From positions 5,201-69,200 of the forward strand of contig CAYGEA010000001.1 of assembly GCA_964348835.1 (NCBI GenBank): DNA of 64,000 nucleotides, given 5' to 3'. The notes under the pieces were generated by a model. The model was not told where the DNA came from, made no database searches, and saw only the letters and a list, made by a program, of their open reading frames with translations. Numbering within the stretch: position 1 is the stretch's first letter; the number at the start of each line of letters is the position of its first letter. Position numbers and translations under genes: made by a program. Positions 38,015-47,484 of this stretch are shown piece by piece. This DNA comes from an uncultured Bdellovibrionales bacterium (GTDB lineage: Bacteria; Patescibacteriota; Minisyncoccia; Moranbacterales; UBA1568).

Positions 38015-38635
38015 GTGCCGATGACTACGTTTTATGAAGAGCTTTGTACTACCGCCAGAGCCAACAACTATACCAATCTGGAAAACAAGAAACAGGCTGT
38101 ATTAAGAGTGGTGGAAAGATGGACTGAAAACAGTCCTACCATCGACGACGCGCTCGCTGGAAACATCAGTCTTCAGGTACTCGTAGGGCCGATCATAAGA
38201 CCGAACCTGAGGATATCGTTCTTCAACCGAGAAGAGGATATTCTCGGTTCTCCGAACTTCCAAGAATGGTTCGACAGACTCTTCAAACAACTGGGAACTA
38301 TCCTCCCTCTCAAGGAAAGCGTCAACAGGGGATATCCGGAAGACCAAATATCTCTCTGGCTGCCAGTGAAGCTTTCCCAATTCTATGGAGCCAAGAGACA
38401 TCTCTTGACGTGTCTTGGCATAACAGCAGGACTTCCGCTATTGATAGATAAACTTCCTTCACCGGCGTTTTTATATGCGCTCATCATAGGAGCTGCGGTC
38501 GGGTCTTGTGTGGAATTGTTGCTTTTCTGTCTGAACGCATCCCGCCATTTCCGCAGACGACGGAAGATGGCGCAAGAACTGCTTCGGCAAACCCAGAACA
38601 TCGACAGGATTTTCCAAGAAGCCTCGCTGGGTTGA
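38015..38635 (+). CDS. Hypothetical protein with C-terminal TM helix
   Basis: ATG at 38015 preceded by CAAGGAGGA. About 206 aa. C-terminal hydrophobic segment LPSPAFLYALIIGAAVGSCVELLLFCL followed by a basic tail RRRRK. Confidence 0.4.
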   Translation: MPMTTFYEELCTTARANNYTNLENKKQAVLRVVERWTENSPTIDDALAGNISLQVLVGPIIRPNLRISFFNREEDILGSPNFQEWFDRLFKQLGTILPLKESVNRGYPEDQISLWLPVKLSQFYGAKRHLLTCLGITAGLPLLIDKLPSPAFLYALIIGAAVGSCVELLLFCLNASRHFRRRRKMAQELLRQTQNIDRIFQEASLG

Positions 38636-38747
38636 GGGCTGAATCACAGAAAAACCAAAAAAGTCCCGGAGAAATCATCGATCTCTCTGGGACTTTTTCA
38701 TACCCGCATTGGTTGCTTTTTTGGCTCATCTCTGCCATAGTAGAGAT

Positions 38748-39296
38748 ATGAACAAGACCCGCAGACTGTTTGTCGGTATTCCGCTTTCGCCGGCGCTCCG
38801 CAAACGCTTGACCCAAGAAAGAGAAACGTGGCCCGAAGAAGCGGTCATTTTTACGGCGCCTGACAATCTCCACGTGACGCTTTTTTTTCTCGGATTCGTC
38901 CGTGAAGAAGCGGTCGCTGATGTCTGCCTGCGCGTGGGCGAAGTCTGCCGATCCACTGAATCGTTCGAACTGGTATGGAGCGGCATACGATTGATGGACA
39001 GTGAAGAGTCACCAAAATCAATCTGGTTGACCGGAGAACCAAGTGACGCGCTCCGTTCACTTCGAGAAGCCATCGAAAAAGAATTTGCCTCTTTCATCAC
39101 CGAAAAGAAAGTCTATCGTCCGCACGTGACCCTCGCCAAGATCAAGAAATCCAAGTGGCTCAAGCTTGATGAGAAGCCGAAGCTCAGAGAAAAACTCCTT
39201 CTCATAGAACCGGTCGATACCGTCGCGGTCTTCGAAAGCTTCTCACTCGAAGGCAAGCGTCGCTACGAACAGATTGATACGTTTCCATTACTGTAA
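38748..39296 (+). CDS. thpR: RNA 2',3'-cyclic phosphodiesterase (2H phosphoesterase, ThpR/LigT family)
   Basis: Two H-x-T-x motifs are present, LHVTLFFLG and RPHVTLAKI. About 182 aa. Confidence 0.75.
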   Translation: MNKTRRLFVGIPLSPALRKRLTQERETWPEEAVIFTAPDNLHVTLFFLGFVREEAVADVCLRVGEVCRSTESFELVWSGIRLMDSEESPKSIWLTGEPSDALRSLREAIEKEFASFITEKKVYRPHVTLAKIKKSKWLKLDEKPKLREKLLLIEPVDTVAVFESFSLEGKRRYEQIDTFPLL

Positions 39297-39301
39297 GAGA
39301 T

Positions 39302-40015
39302 ATGGATATACTCGGTATCCCGATAGATGCGCTGACGCGAGAAGAGATTCTACTCCGTGTGAAGACTTTTTTGAAAGAGCCAAAGTTTCATCAGATAGCC
39401 ACCGTCAATCCGGAGTTTCTTAGAGAGGCTGAAAAAAACACTGACTTCCGTACGGTGTTGCTCGATACCGATCTCCGTGTCGCGGATGGATTCGGCATCG
39501 TCTTGGCGGGACTCTTACGAGGAACATACATAGAGCGTTTCCCCGGCACTGATTTGATGGATGAAATATTGTCTCTCGCAAATGAACAAACGTTATCCGT
39601 CTATCTTGCCGTCAACAAAGATGGACTCAGTTCTTTTGAAGAAATCAGATCGGCTCTCCTCAAAAAATATGCTCATCTTATTGTCCGTGGTGCTGATATG
39701 GATCCAAAGCATTCAGAAAGCTACACGCTACAAGCTACAAGCTACAAGCTCGCCCTGTGCAACTTTGGAGCACCCGCTCAAGAAATATTTCTCTCTCGTC
39801 TCCGTAAAGAACCGGGTACCGTGCGGTTAGCTATGGGTGTCGGCGGCTCGTTTGACTATCTCACCGGCAAACAAAAGCGCGCGCCACAATTTCTCCGAGC
39901 CATCGGACTCGAATGGCTGTGGCGTCTCATCCGACAGCCCAAGAGATGGCGACGGATCTGGAACGCCCTCGTTGTTTTCCCTTTTCTCTTCCTTTCCGCT
40001 ACAATAAAAAAATAA
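39302..40015 (+). CDS. WecB/TagA/CpsF family (GT26) glycosyltransferase
   Basis: N-terminus MDILGIPIDALTREEILLRVKTFLKEPKFHQIATVNPEF...DLRVADGFGIVLAGLL matches TagA/WecG. 237 aa. Contains a heptamer repeat. Confidence 0.75.
   Translation: MDILGIPIDALTREEILLRVKTFLKEPKFHQIATVNPEFLREAEKNTDFRTVLLDTDLRVADGFGIVLAGLLRGTYIERFPGTDLMDEILSLANEQTLSVYLAVNKDGLSSFEEIRSALLKKYAHLIVRGADMDPKHSESYTLQATSYKLALCNFGAPAQEIFLSRLRKEPGTVRLAMGVGGSFDYLTGKQKRAPQFLRAIGLEWLWRLIRQPKRWRRIWNALVVFPFLFLSATIKK
39721..39748 (+). repeat. Heptanucleotide tandem repeat (CTACAAG)x3 plus one degenerate copy inside the tagA-like coding sequence
   Basis: ctacacg ctacaag ctacaag ctacaag, encoding SYTLQATSYKL. Confidence 0.8.
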
Positions 40016-40029
40016 CTGAAACAATACCT

Positions 40030-41583
40030 ATGCCTGCCGTATTGAACATCCGCGTCCGTTTTGCTCCGTCACCGACTGGTTACCTCCATGTCGGGGGTCT
40101 GCGTACCGCGCTCTACAATTATCTTTTTGCCAAGAAAAATAATGGCGTATTTATCTTGCGCATCGAAGACACGGATCAGAAACGCTTTGTTCCCGGATCA
40201 GCAGAAAGCCTGATACAGACGCTCGATGCGCTCGGAATGCAGTATGAGGAAGGTCCCCGTTTGAAAAATCAGGCGAATGGGAGAGTATCGAGGAAGTATC
40301 CTGAAATTACCGAGGTGGGCGATTATGGCCCATACATCCAGAGCGAACGATTGAATCTATACAAAAAATACGCTGATGAATTGCTGGGGAGTGGCAAGGC
40401 GTATCATTGTTTCTGTACCGCAGAGCGTCTCACGGAGCTGCGCGCAGAACAGGCAAAACACAAGCAGGCGCCGAAGTACGACAAGCATTGTCTCTCGCTG
40501 GCACCTGATGAAGTGACAAAGAGATTGGCGGCCGGCGAACCTTCCGTCCTCCGTCTTAATATTGTGTCAGACAGAGGTGATGTGATGTTTGATGATATGG
40601 TCCGCGGACAAGTAACCATCAATGTCCGGGATATCGACGATCAAGTACTGATGAAGTCTGATGGTTTCCCTACGTATCACCTCGCCAATGTCATAGATGA
40701 TCACCTGATGGGTATCAGCCATATTATCCGGGCTGAAGAGTGGTTGCCATCGACGCCCAAACACATTCTGCTGTATGAAGCGTTCGGTTGGGATCTGCCA
40801 CGCTTCGCCCATATTCCGCTCTTGCTCAACGCTGATAAAAGCAAACTTTCCAAACGTCAAGGCGATGTCGCGGTGGAAGATTATCTGAAGAAAGGCTACC
40901 TCACGGAAGCGCTCATAAATTTCGTAGCGCTTTTAGGGTGGCATCCGGGGCAAGGGAAGACGCAAGAAATTTTTACGCTGGAAGAATTGATATCGGCTTT
41001 CGACTTAGCCCAAGTCCACAAGGCGGGCGCCGTGTTCGATCTGAAAAAGCTGGATTGGATGAATACGGAATATATCAAGCGTCTGACCTCAGATGAGCTC
41101 TACGAACGCGCGCACTCATTTCTGGAAGCCAAAGATTTTTTCCTCGCTTGGAAAGATCAACACTCGACGCTCGGCAAAGAGGCACAGACGGCATTTGTAA
41201 AAAAAATCCTCGCGGTTGAACAGGATCGACTGGTAAAGCTTTCTGATGTGGGGGAGAACAATCTGTTTTTCTTTGCCGAAGATAGTATCTACGACAAGGC
41301 GCTCCTCAATTGGAAACAGAATACTGCCGATATGACTAGAGACGCACTGACAAAGGCCGAGGCGACTCTGGCCAGTCTTGATGATGCCGATTGGGAAAAG
41401 AGAGAAGCATTGGAAGCCGTCCTGATGGAAGCGGCAGGGGACAAGAGGGGAGACTTCCTCTGGCCGATCCGCGTCGCGCTCACCGGAGCCAAGCGCTCGC
41501 CATCACCCTTCGATGTCGCGTGGGTCTTGGGAAAAGATGAGAGTCTCAAGCGCATTCACAATGCTCTTCTATCCCTTTTGTAA
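40030..41583 (+). CDS. gltX: Glutamyl-tRNA synthetase
   Basis: Class I HIGH region RFAPSPTGYLHVGGLRTALYNYLFAKK, and KMSKS-type KLSKRQG. ATG at 40030, 15 nt after the tagA-like stop. Confidence 0.85.
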   Translation: MPAVLNIRVRFAPSPTGYLHVGGLRTALYNYLFAKKNNGVFILRIEDTDQKRFVPGSAESLIQTLDALGMQYEEGPRLKNQANGRVSRKYPEITEVGDYGPYIQSERLNLYKKYADELLGSGKAYHCFCTAERLTELRAEQAKHKQAPKYDKHCLSLAPDEVTKRLAAGEPSVLRLNIVSDRGDVMFDDMVRGQVTINVRDIDDQVLMKSDGFPTYHLANVIDDHLMGISHIIRAEEWLPSTPKHILLYEAFGWDLPRFAHIPLLLNADKSKLSKRQGDVAVEDYLKKGYLTEALINFVALLGWHPGQGKTQEIFTLEELISAFDLAQVHKAGAVFDLKKLDWMNTEYIKRLTSDELYERAHSFLEAKDFFLAWKDQHSTLGKEAQTAFVKKILAVEQDRLVKLSDVGENNLFFFAEDSIYDKALLNWKQNTADMTRDALTKAEATLASLDDADWEKREALEAVLMEAAGDKRGDFLWPIRVALTGAKRSPSPFDVAWVLGKDESLKRIHNALLSLL

Positions 41584-41598
41584 AGCACTTTCTGGCTG

Positions 41599-41607
41599 TG
41601 GTATAAT
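41599..41607 (+). promoter_or_regulatory. Extended -10 element (TGGTATAAT) upstream of the M23 peptidase gene
   Basis: TGnTATAAT matches the extended -10 consensus. It lies 11 nt upstream of ATG 41618. Confidence 0.35.
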
Positions 41608-41617
41608 AAAAGATACT

Positions 41618-42880
41618 ATGCGCCAACAATACAAAAATTATCGCTCCGGTTTTCTCGTGACTATGCTCCTGTTAAGCAGTGTTGTTTTTGTGGCTTGGAC
41701 AAGCGCGCAGGTTGCAGACCTTACTAAGGAACAGGAAAAAGCTTTGAATAAAAAAGAGGATGAGCTGGATGCTATCAAGGCAAAAATCAAAGCCTACAAC
41801 CAGATCATCAATCTCAAAGAGCGCCAGGGATCGACACTGAGCGACCAGATCAAGTCTCTCGAAGCACAGGCCAGCAAACTAGAACTTGAAATCGGTCTCA
41901 ATAAGAAAAAATTAGATACATTGGAAAGCGATGTCGCCAGTCTCGGTCAGCGTATCAGTGAAAAAGAGGCGCTCATCAACAGCCAAAAACAGATTCTCTC
42001 AGAACTGATGCGCGTGTACTACGACGATTACTCCGGCAATGTTTCCACCCTTATTTTTTCCGCCGGTGAGACACTTTCCTATTTGAATAAGGAAGGATGG
42101 ACGACAGAAGTCAATGGCAAGATCAGTGATATGCTGGACTCGGTCAAAACGCTCCGCGAGAGCCTTGTAGGGGAACGCACGGCCATTGAAGAGAAGAAAG
42201 CAGAAACCGCCACACTGTATGCTCAACTGACCGAACGCAACGATTACCTTGAAAGCACCAAAGAAAATAAGGCTTACCTCCTCAACAAGACGCAGGCGGA
42301 AGTCAAAAAGTATGATACGCTCGTCGATGATCTGCAAAAACAGCGCGAGGAAATAGAAGGAGAAATCGAGGAATTGGAAGCAGGAAAAATAGACGCACTC
42401 AACCTTAAAGACATTCCCGCTTTCAAGAAAGGTCTTCTTGCGTACCCTTTGAAAAAATTCGGCATCAGCCAGGGCTATGGTAAGACGAAATTTTCCAAGA
42501 AAGCCTACGCCTCAGGAAAACACAACGGCATCGATTTCACGGCGGCAAGCGGAACTTCCATTCTCGCCTCAGCGAGCGGCCAAGTCGTAGGAACCGGGAA
42601 CCTCGGCAGATATGCATATGGCAAGTGGGTCGCCATAAATCATGGCAACGGACTCATCACTCTCTACGGGCATATGAGCTCGATTTCTGTCAGCAAAGGT
42701 AAGAAGGTTGAGCAGGGCGATAAGATCGGAGCCGTCGGCAGTACCGGCTATTCGACGGGACCGCACGTTCACTTCACTGTTTTCTCTGCCAAATCATACG
42801 AATTAGTCGCATCAAAAACCGTTAAAGGTCTCCAGATTCCGATTGGTGCCACCGTCAATCCAAATGTGTATCTGCCATAA
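41618..42880 (+). CDS. M23 family peptidoglycan metalloendopeptidase with N-terminal coiled-coil (EnvC/NlpD-like)
   Basis: TM/signal, about 250 aa of coiled-coil, then the M23 motifs HNGIDF and GHMSSI...GSTGYSTGPHVHF. Confidence 0.8.
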   Translation: MRQQYKNYRSGFLVTMLLLSSVVFVAWTSAQVADLTKEQEKALNKKEDELDAIKAKIKAYNQIINLKERQGSTLSDQIKSLEAQASKLELEIGLNKKKLDTLESDVASLGQRISEKEALINSQKQILSELMRVYYDDYSGNVSTLIFSAGETLSYLNKEGWTTEVNGKISDMLDSVKTLRESLVGERTAIEEKKAETATLYAQLTERNDYLESTKENKAYLLNKTQAEVKKYDTLVDDLQKQREEIEGEIEELEAGKIDALNLKDIPAFKKGLLAYPLKKFGISQGYGKTKFSKKAYASGKHNGIDFTAASGTSILASASGQVVGTGNLGRYAYGKWVAINHGNGLITLYGHMSSISVSKGKKVEQGDKIGAVGSTGYSTGPHVHFTVFSAKSYELVASKTVKGLQIPIGATVNPNVYLP

Positions 42881-42943
42881 GAAGAGGGAAACAAGACTTC
42901 ATAGATGTCTCCACCAGCCACCCGAAGAGAGAAATATCCGATT

Positions 42944-43708
42944 ATGATGAAAAAATCTCCAACCCATCCTCTCCGCGCGCGTTTTGCGAAAGATATAGTA
43001 GCCGAAGTGATACTCCCGATACAACAGACGGGGCGAGTGGCGATTTTTGCCGGCGGACTGCCTTCGTCACCGAACAAGGGGAGTCTTCTTCGATTTTTGG
43101 CTCGCCAGGGATACGTTGCTATCTATCCCCGTTATCGCGGCACATGGGAAAGCGACGGTTTTTTTCTTGAACGTTCACCCACGCAAGACATCCGCGATGT
43201 CATTGACGATCTTGCTAAAAATAAGGGCTTTACAGACATCGCCACGGGAGAATTCCAAAAAATAAAAGTGTCTGCCATCCATCTCTTCGGCTCATCCTTC
43301 GGGGGACCAGCCGTCATACTAAACAGTTACCCGCCCATCGTCAAGAAAATCATCGCGCTCGCTCCGGTACTCGACTGGCACTCGGTTGAAAAAACCGAGC
43401 CGCAGAAGTCGCATATCCGTTTTGTCGAGGCAGGTTTCGGCGGCGCGTACCGTCTCCGTCACAAAAGCGATTGGAAGAAACTTCTCAAAACGGATTTCTA
43501 TAATCCCTCCGCTCATACAAAGACCATCATCGGCAAAAAAATATTCATCCTGCACTGCGCGGATGATACCGTGGTGCCATCCGCACCCATACGCTCATTT
43601 GCTGAAAAAACCGGCGCCGCATATTACCTCAAACCGAAGGGTGGTCACGCTATCAATATCACTCATTTGTTTTTCTGGAAGAAAATCAGCGCTTTTGTAA
43701 ATACTTAA
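42944..43708 (+). CDS. Alpha/beta-hydrolase fold protein (dienelactone hydrolase / S9-like)
   Basis: Nucleophile elbow GSSFGG, and a C-terminal His in KGGHAI. Confidence 0.55.
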   Translation: MMKKSPTHPLRARFAKDIVAEVILPIQQTGRVAIFAGGLPSSPNKGSLLRFLARQGYVAIYPRYRGTWESDGFFLERSPTQDIRDVIDDLAKNKGFTDIATGEFQKIKVSAIHLFGSSFGGPAVILNSYPPIVKKIIALAPVLDWHSVEKTEPQKSHIRFVEAGFGGAYRLRHKSDWKKLLKTDFYNPSAHTKTIIGKKIFILHCADDTVVPSAPIRSFAEKTGAAYYLKPKGGHAINITHLFFWKKISAFVNT

Positions 43709-43786
43709 ATTATTTATACCAGGACGAAACACTTCCTGGTGTTTTATAATCTTGTAAAAAATGTATATTACCATAAAATCTTTCTT

Positions 43787-45007
43787 ATGGAAGAAAAAAT
43801 CTCGCGAGGCGTAACCATACTCGGCTCCACTGGCAGTGTCGGTATGAGTACCTTACAAGTCATAGCGGAACAACGGGAAAAATTTCACATTGTCGCTTTG
43901 ACGGCTTTTTCTCAGGCGGAAAAAATGTTTGAGCAGTGTCTCTTGTTTACGCCACAGTACGCCGTTCTAGTAGATAAATCCTCAGCTCAGTGGCTCACAC
44001 AAAAACTCCATGAAGCGGGCTCGACAACCAAAGTACTCGCTGGGAGAAAAAATTTGGAGTATGCTGCTTCGCTCCCTGATGCGGAAATAGTTATGGCCGC
44101 TATCGTCGGCGTTGCCGGGCTTTGTGCTACTCTCGCCGCCATAACTGCCGGAAAGACGGTATTACTCGCGAACAAAGAGTCTTTGGTGGTTGGCGGTACC
44201 TTTTTTATGGACGCGGTCAAAAAGTATGGCGCGACGCTCTTACCGATCGACAGCGAACACAACGCTATTTTTCAGTGCTTACCGGAGACCTACGCTGGCG
44301 ACAAAACTAAGTCGGGGATTCGACGCATTCTCTTGACGGCGTCCGGAGGCCCATTTCGCACAACGCCTGCTCTTGATATGGGAAACGTCACGCCCGATCA
44401 AGCCTGCGCGCATCCACAATGGAAAATGGGAAGAAAGATATCCGTCGACTGTGCCACAATGATGAACAAAGGCTTAGAGGTCATCGAAGCGCATTTTTTA
44501 TTTCACATCGCACCGAAACATATACAGATAGTCGTCCACCCACAGAGCATTATTCACTCTCTGGTGGAATACACCGATGGATCTGTCATCGCCCAATTAA
44601 GCAACCCCGATATGAAAACACCGATCGCTCATGCCCTCGGATACCCTAAGCGTCTGAACACAAACATACCATCACTCGATTTTTTCAAGATTTCTCAACT
44701 GACTTTTGAAGAACCTGATTTCATAAAATTTCCCTGTCTACAACTCGCTTACAAGGCACTCGAAGAAGGGGCTGGTGCTCCGGCTATCTTAAACGCCGCT
44801 AATGAAATTGCCGTGGAAGCCTTCCTGAAAGAACGCATCCGATTTGTCGATATACCACGGATACTCGCCTCTGTTTTAGAACATTTTCCACGCACATTAC
44901 CTATCCGCACCCTTGCTGACATCATACGCCTCGACAAAGCGGTACGAAAGTTTACGCAAGCTTACATCATCAATGAATTACAGAGTGTCGAGCAAAAAGT
45001 CTCATAG
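43787..45007 (+). CDS. dxr: 1-deoxy-D-xylulose-5-phosphate reductoisomerase
   Basis: Contains GVTILGSTGSVGMSTLQVI (NADPH site), LANKESLV and DSEHNAIFQC. Confidence 0.85.
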   Translation: MEEKISRGVTILGSTGSVGMSTLQVIAEQREKFHIVALTAFSQAEKMFEQCLLFTPQYAVLVDKSSAQWLTQKLHEAGSTTKVLAGRKNLEYAASLPDAEIVMAAIVGVAGLCATLAAITAGKTVLLANKESLVVGGTFFMDAVKKYGATLLPIDSEHNAIFQCLPETYAGDKTKSGIRRILLTASGGPFRTTPALDMGNVTPDQACAHPQWKMGRKISVDCATMMNKGLEVIEAHFLFHIAPKHIQIVVHPQSIIHSLVEYTDGSVIAQLSNPDMKTPIAHALGYPKRLNTNIPSLDFFKISQLTFEEPDFIKFPCLQLAYKALEEGAGAPAILNAANEIAVEAFLKERIRFVDIPRILASVLEHFPRTLPIRTLADIIRLDKAVRKFTQAYIINELQSVEQKVS

Positions 45008-45390
45008 AACTCCCTGTACATTATTTTTCTTCTCTCAAGACTCCCCCGCCATTTTTTCAAAAAAGAGGGGAGGATTGTCCGGTGAAAAGATGAAGGTACT
45101 TATCCCACATTATAGAGACGCTGATACGAACAAAGAAACAGCGTAAAAAATAACACAAGGAGAAGGAGGGACAGGGAGATATATATCAAAAAGATATTGG
45201 AAAGGTCTCAGAACGCATTTTATGAGCTCGTTTTAAAAAAAAGAAAAAACGGCAGCGGTGGAGTCTATACATACAATCACGCGCGCTTTAGATACATCTG
45301 CTCCTATAGTAATGTCGCATAAGTTACATAGAACGACGTACAGTGTATCTCTGAAGGAACCACTCTATATTGAAATACCAAGAAAAACAG

Positions 45391-46029
45391 CTACCCCCTC
45401 TCACTAACTGGATTGGGATATGCCGGAATAGATAATACTTTCTTTATAAAGTTGTCCATGGTAATGAGCTCAATATTCTCAGGAAACTTAATCTTCTTTC
45501 GTTCAACAAGTAACGACACATCCCCTTCAGTGAGTTTTTTTGAAAACAATACCAAATACATTTTTTCTTTTAAATGTGAATATTTTCGAACTTTGATATA
45601 CACATTCGACGAAAGATCATGCGGTGTTTCTGTCGTAAAGATATCTACAGAGAAATTTTCAATCGGATTAAATACATAAAAATCAGCACGGAGCTTTTTT
45701 TCTGTATCGATAGGCTTTTCTAGGTGTACGAACGGTTCATGGAATTTTGCATATAAAATATCTCTCAATCTAGCCTCACTTATTCTAGAGCGTTGATTTG
45801 ATTCAAAACCAATTTTTGATCGATGCTCACCTTTTGAGAGATAAACATCTTTATGTCCAATTAATTTTCGGAGCTGTGGAAGTCCCCCAAATAATCTTTG
45901 AATCTGACGACTTGACGGTAAATATTCAAATTTATCCACCTCTTGAGAAGCAGGAAGTCTCCCGTACTTTTTTTGAAATCGCTCAAAACCATCTTTTATT
46001 TTTTCTAAAGTCCATCTTTTAGCGCCCAT
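45391..46029 (-). CDS. Hypothetical protein, AT-rich; downstream partner of the AAA+ ATPase
   Basis: 212 aa with no recognisable motif. A possible degenerate D...D/E..K pattern is RADFYVFNP...SVDIFTTET...YIKVRKY. Compositionally atypical. There is a 46-nt gap after the ATPase gene on the same strand. Confidence 0.5.
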   Translation of the reverse strand: MGAKRWTLEKIKDGFERFQKKYGRLPASQEVDKFEYLPSSRQIQRLFGGLPQLRKLIGHKDVYLSKGEHRSKIGFESNQRSRISEARLRDILYAKFHEPFVHLEKPIDTEKKLRADFYVFNPIENFSVDIFTTETPHDLSSNVYIKVRKYSHLKEKMYLVLFSKKLTEGDVSLLVERKKIKFPENIELITMDNFIKKVLSIPAYPNPVSERG

Positions 46030-46074
46030 ATACGATACTTCAAAAAAATATTTAATCTCTTGTTTTTACGAATC

Positions 46075-47265
46075 TTATTTTTTAATATCAAAAATTGGCA
46101 TAATCCGTTTCATGAAATCTCCAAATAATGGAACAGTAAATTCTGTATCTCCATACGCGGGACTATATATCATTCCCTTAGCAATTAAATTACTTCTGAA
46201 TGGAGCAACTTTTTGAACATCAGTATTGAGTTTCTCTGCTATGTCTCCAGATCTATGCGGTCCGGGGCCAAGTTCTGCCATAGCTCTTAGATATTCCCTC
46301 TCTCTTGGTGTTAGTCTATCAAAGCGAACTCTAAAAAAATTTTGATCCAGTCTACTGATTGATGCACTAGTCGCTCTTTTTAGAACATCTACACCCACAG
46401 GTGATTTTTCAGCAATTTCCCAAGATTGATACCCCCACTCTTGTAAAAAATATGGATATTTTTCTGTGATTCGTAAAATTTCTTTGAGAGCTTCATGAGT
46501 AAATTTTACTCCTTCTGCTTTCATCGGTTCTTGCAATGCTTTCATGGCGTCTTCATCAGATAGAGGGCCTATTTCAGGATAATTAAACAATCTTTCTGCG
46601 TATGATTTAGCATTACCAGCTTTTCCACGAAGTTGTGGTAATCCAGCCCCAATAATTACTAGCGGAAGAGATTTTTGAGAAATTTTATGTGAAGCCATTA
46701 TCAAAGAGCTAAGCTCTTCTTCAGACAAATATTGCATCTCGTCGATAATAAGAACTATTGCGGTTTCAGAAGCACGGGCCGCTTCACCTAAAGCAATAAA
46801 TAATTGGGCAAGATCAGCCTCAAGGTCACCACTATCAGCAGTTCCTTTTTCAGGATTAATATCAATTCCAAGCTCGACCTCTTGTATTTTTACCCTTAAA
46901 CCTGAAACAAAACTCTTCAGTACTCGTAGGCCTCTTTTTACCTTTTCATTGACACCTTCTTTTGCATCTAAGCTGAAAAGAAGTTGTCGTAGATAAGGGA
47001 TCAAAAGTTCTGGTAAAGCCTTATTTTCATGGGCTTCAATCATAACAACCTTGTAGCCGTCTGTTTCAGCAAGCTCAGAGATTTTATGCAAAAGTACGGT
47101 CTTCCCTACACCGCGTAGACCTACTAATAAAAGACTTTTCTCTGGACGACCTCTTTTCACTCGAGCAAGAGCCAGCATAGCTTTTTCAAGAATCTCTGAC
47201 CGACCAGCAAGCTCGGGAGGTGGAGTTCCGGCGCCTGGAGAAAAGGGGTTTCGTAAAGGATCCAT
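46075..47265 (-). CDS. AAA+ ATPase of the Arch_ATPase/AAA_16 (STAND-like) type with C-terminal winged-helix-like region
   Basis: N-terminal NPFSPGAGTPPPELAGRSEILEKAMLAL...LLLVGLRGVGKTVLL (Walker A). Walker B is IVLIIDEMQYL. C-terminal segment is LTPREREYLRAMAELGPGPHRSGDIAEKL. Both this gene and its 212-aa partner are AT-rich. Confidence 0.65.
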   Translation of the reverse strand: MDPLRNPFSPGAGTPPPELAGRSEILEKAMLALARVKRGRPEKSLLLVGLRGVGKTVLLHKISELAETDGYKVVMIEAHENKALPELLIPYLRQLLFSLDAKEGVNEKVKRGLRVLKSFVSGLRVKIQEVELGIDINPEKGTADSGDLEADLAQLFIALGEAARASETAIVLIIDEMQYLSEEELSSLIMASHKISQKSLPLVIIGAGLPQLRGKAGNAKSYAERLFNYPEIGPLSDEDAMKALQEPMKAEGVKFTHEALKEILRITEKYPYFLQEWGYQSWEIAEKSPVGVDVLKRATSASISRLDQNFFRVRFDRLTPREREYLRAMAELGPGPHRSGDIAEKLNTDVQKVAPFRSNLIAKGMIYSPAYGDTEFTVPLFGDFMKRIMPIFDIKK

Positions 47266-47442
47266 TGATTGTATATAGTTTAATAAGTTTATCTATATTA
47301 TCTTTAAACTAGCATAATTTTACTAAACTTGTAAAGACTGGTAAAAAATGGAGTCACAAAATAGGGCTGTTCTCTTACAGAACTCTCTATTTTTCCCTAT
47401 TGATTACTCATGAAGCTTGAGCAGCGGTTTAAAAAATAAAAA

Positions 47443-47478
47443 CGGAAGGTGCTGGGATCAGCTCCTTCCGGATTTTTT
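47443..47478. terminator. Rho-independent terminator downstream of the GGDEF gene
   Basis: CGGAAGGTGCTG ggat CAGCTCCTTCCG stem followed by GATTTTTT. An A-run lies on the other side. Confidence 0.6.
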
Positions 47479-47484
47479 GATAGT

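Noticed and set aside
45030-45075. Weak stem-loop CTCCCC...GGGGAG after dxr as a terminator
   Set aside because: 6-bp stem with a 21-nt loop and no clean T-run on the dxr strand. Too weak to list.
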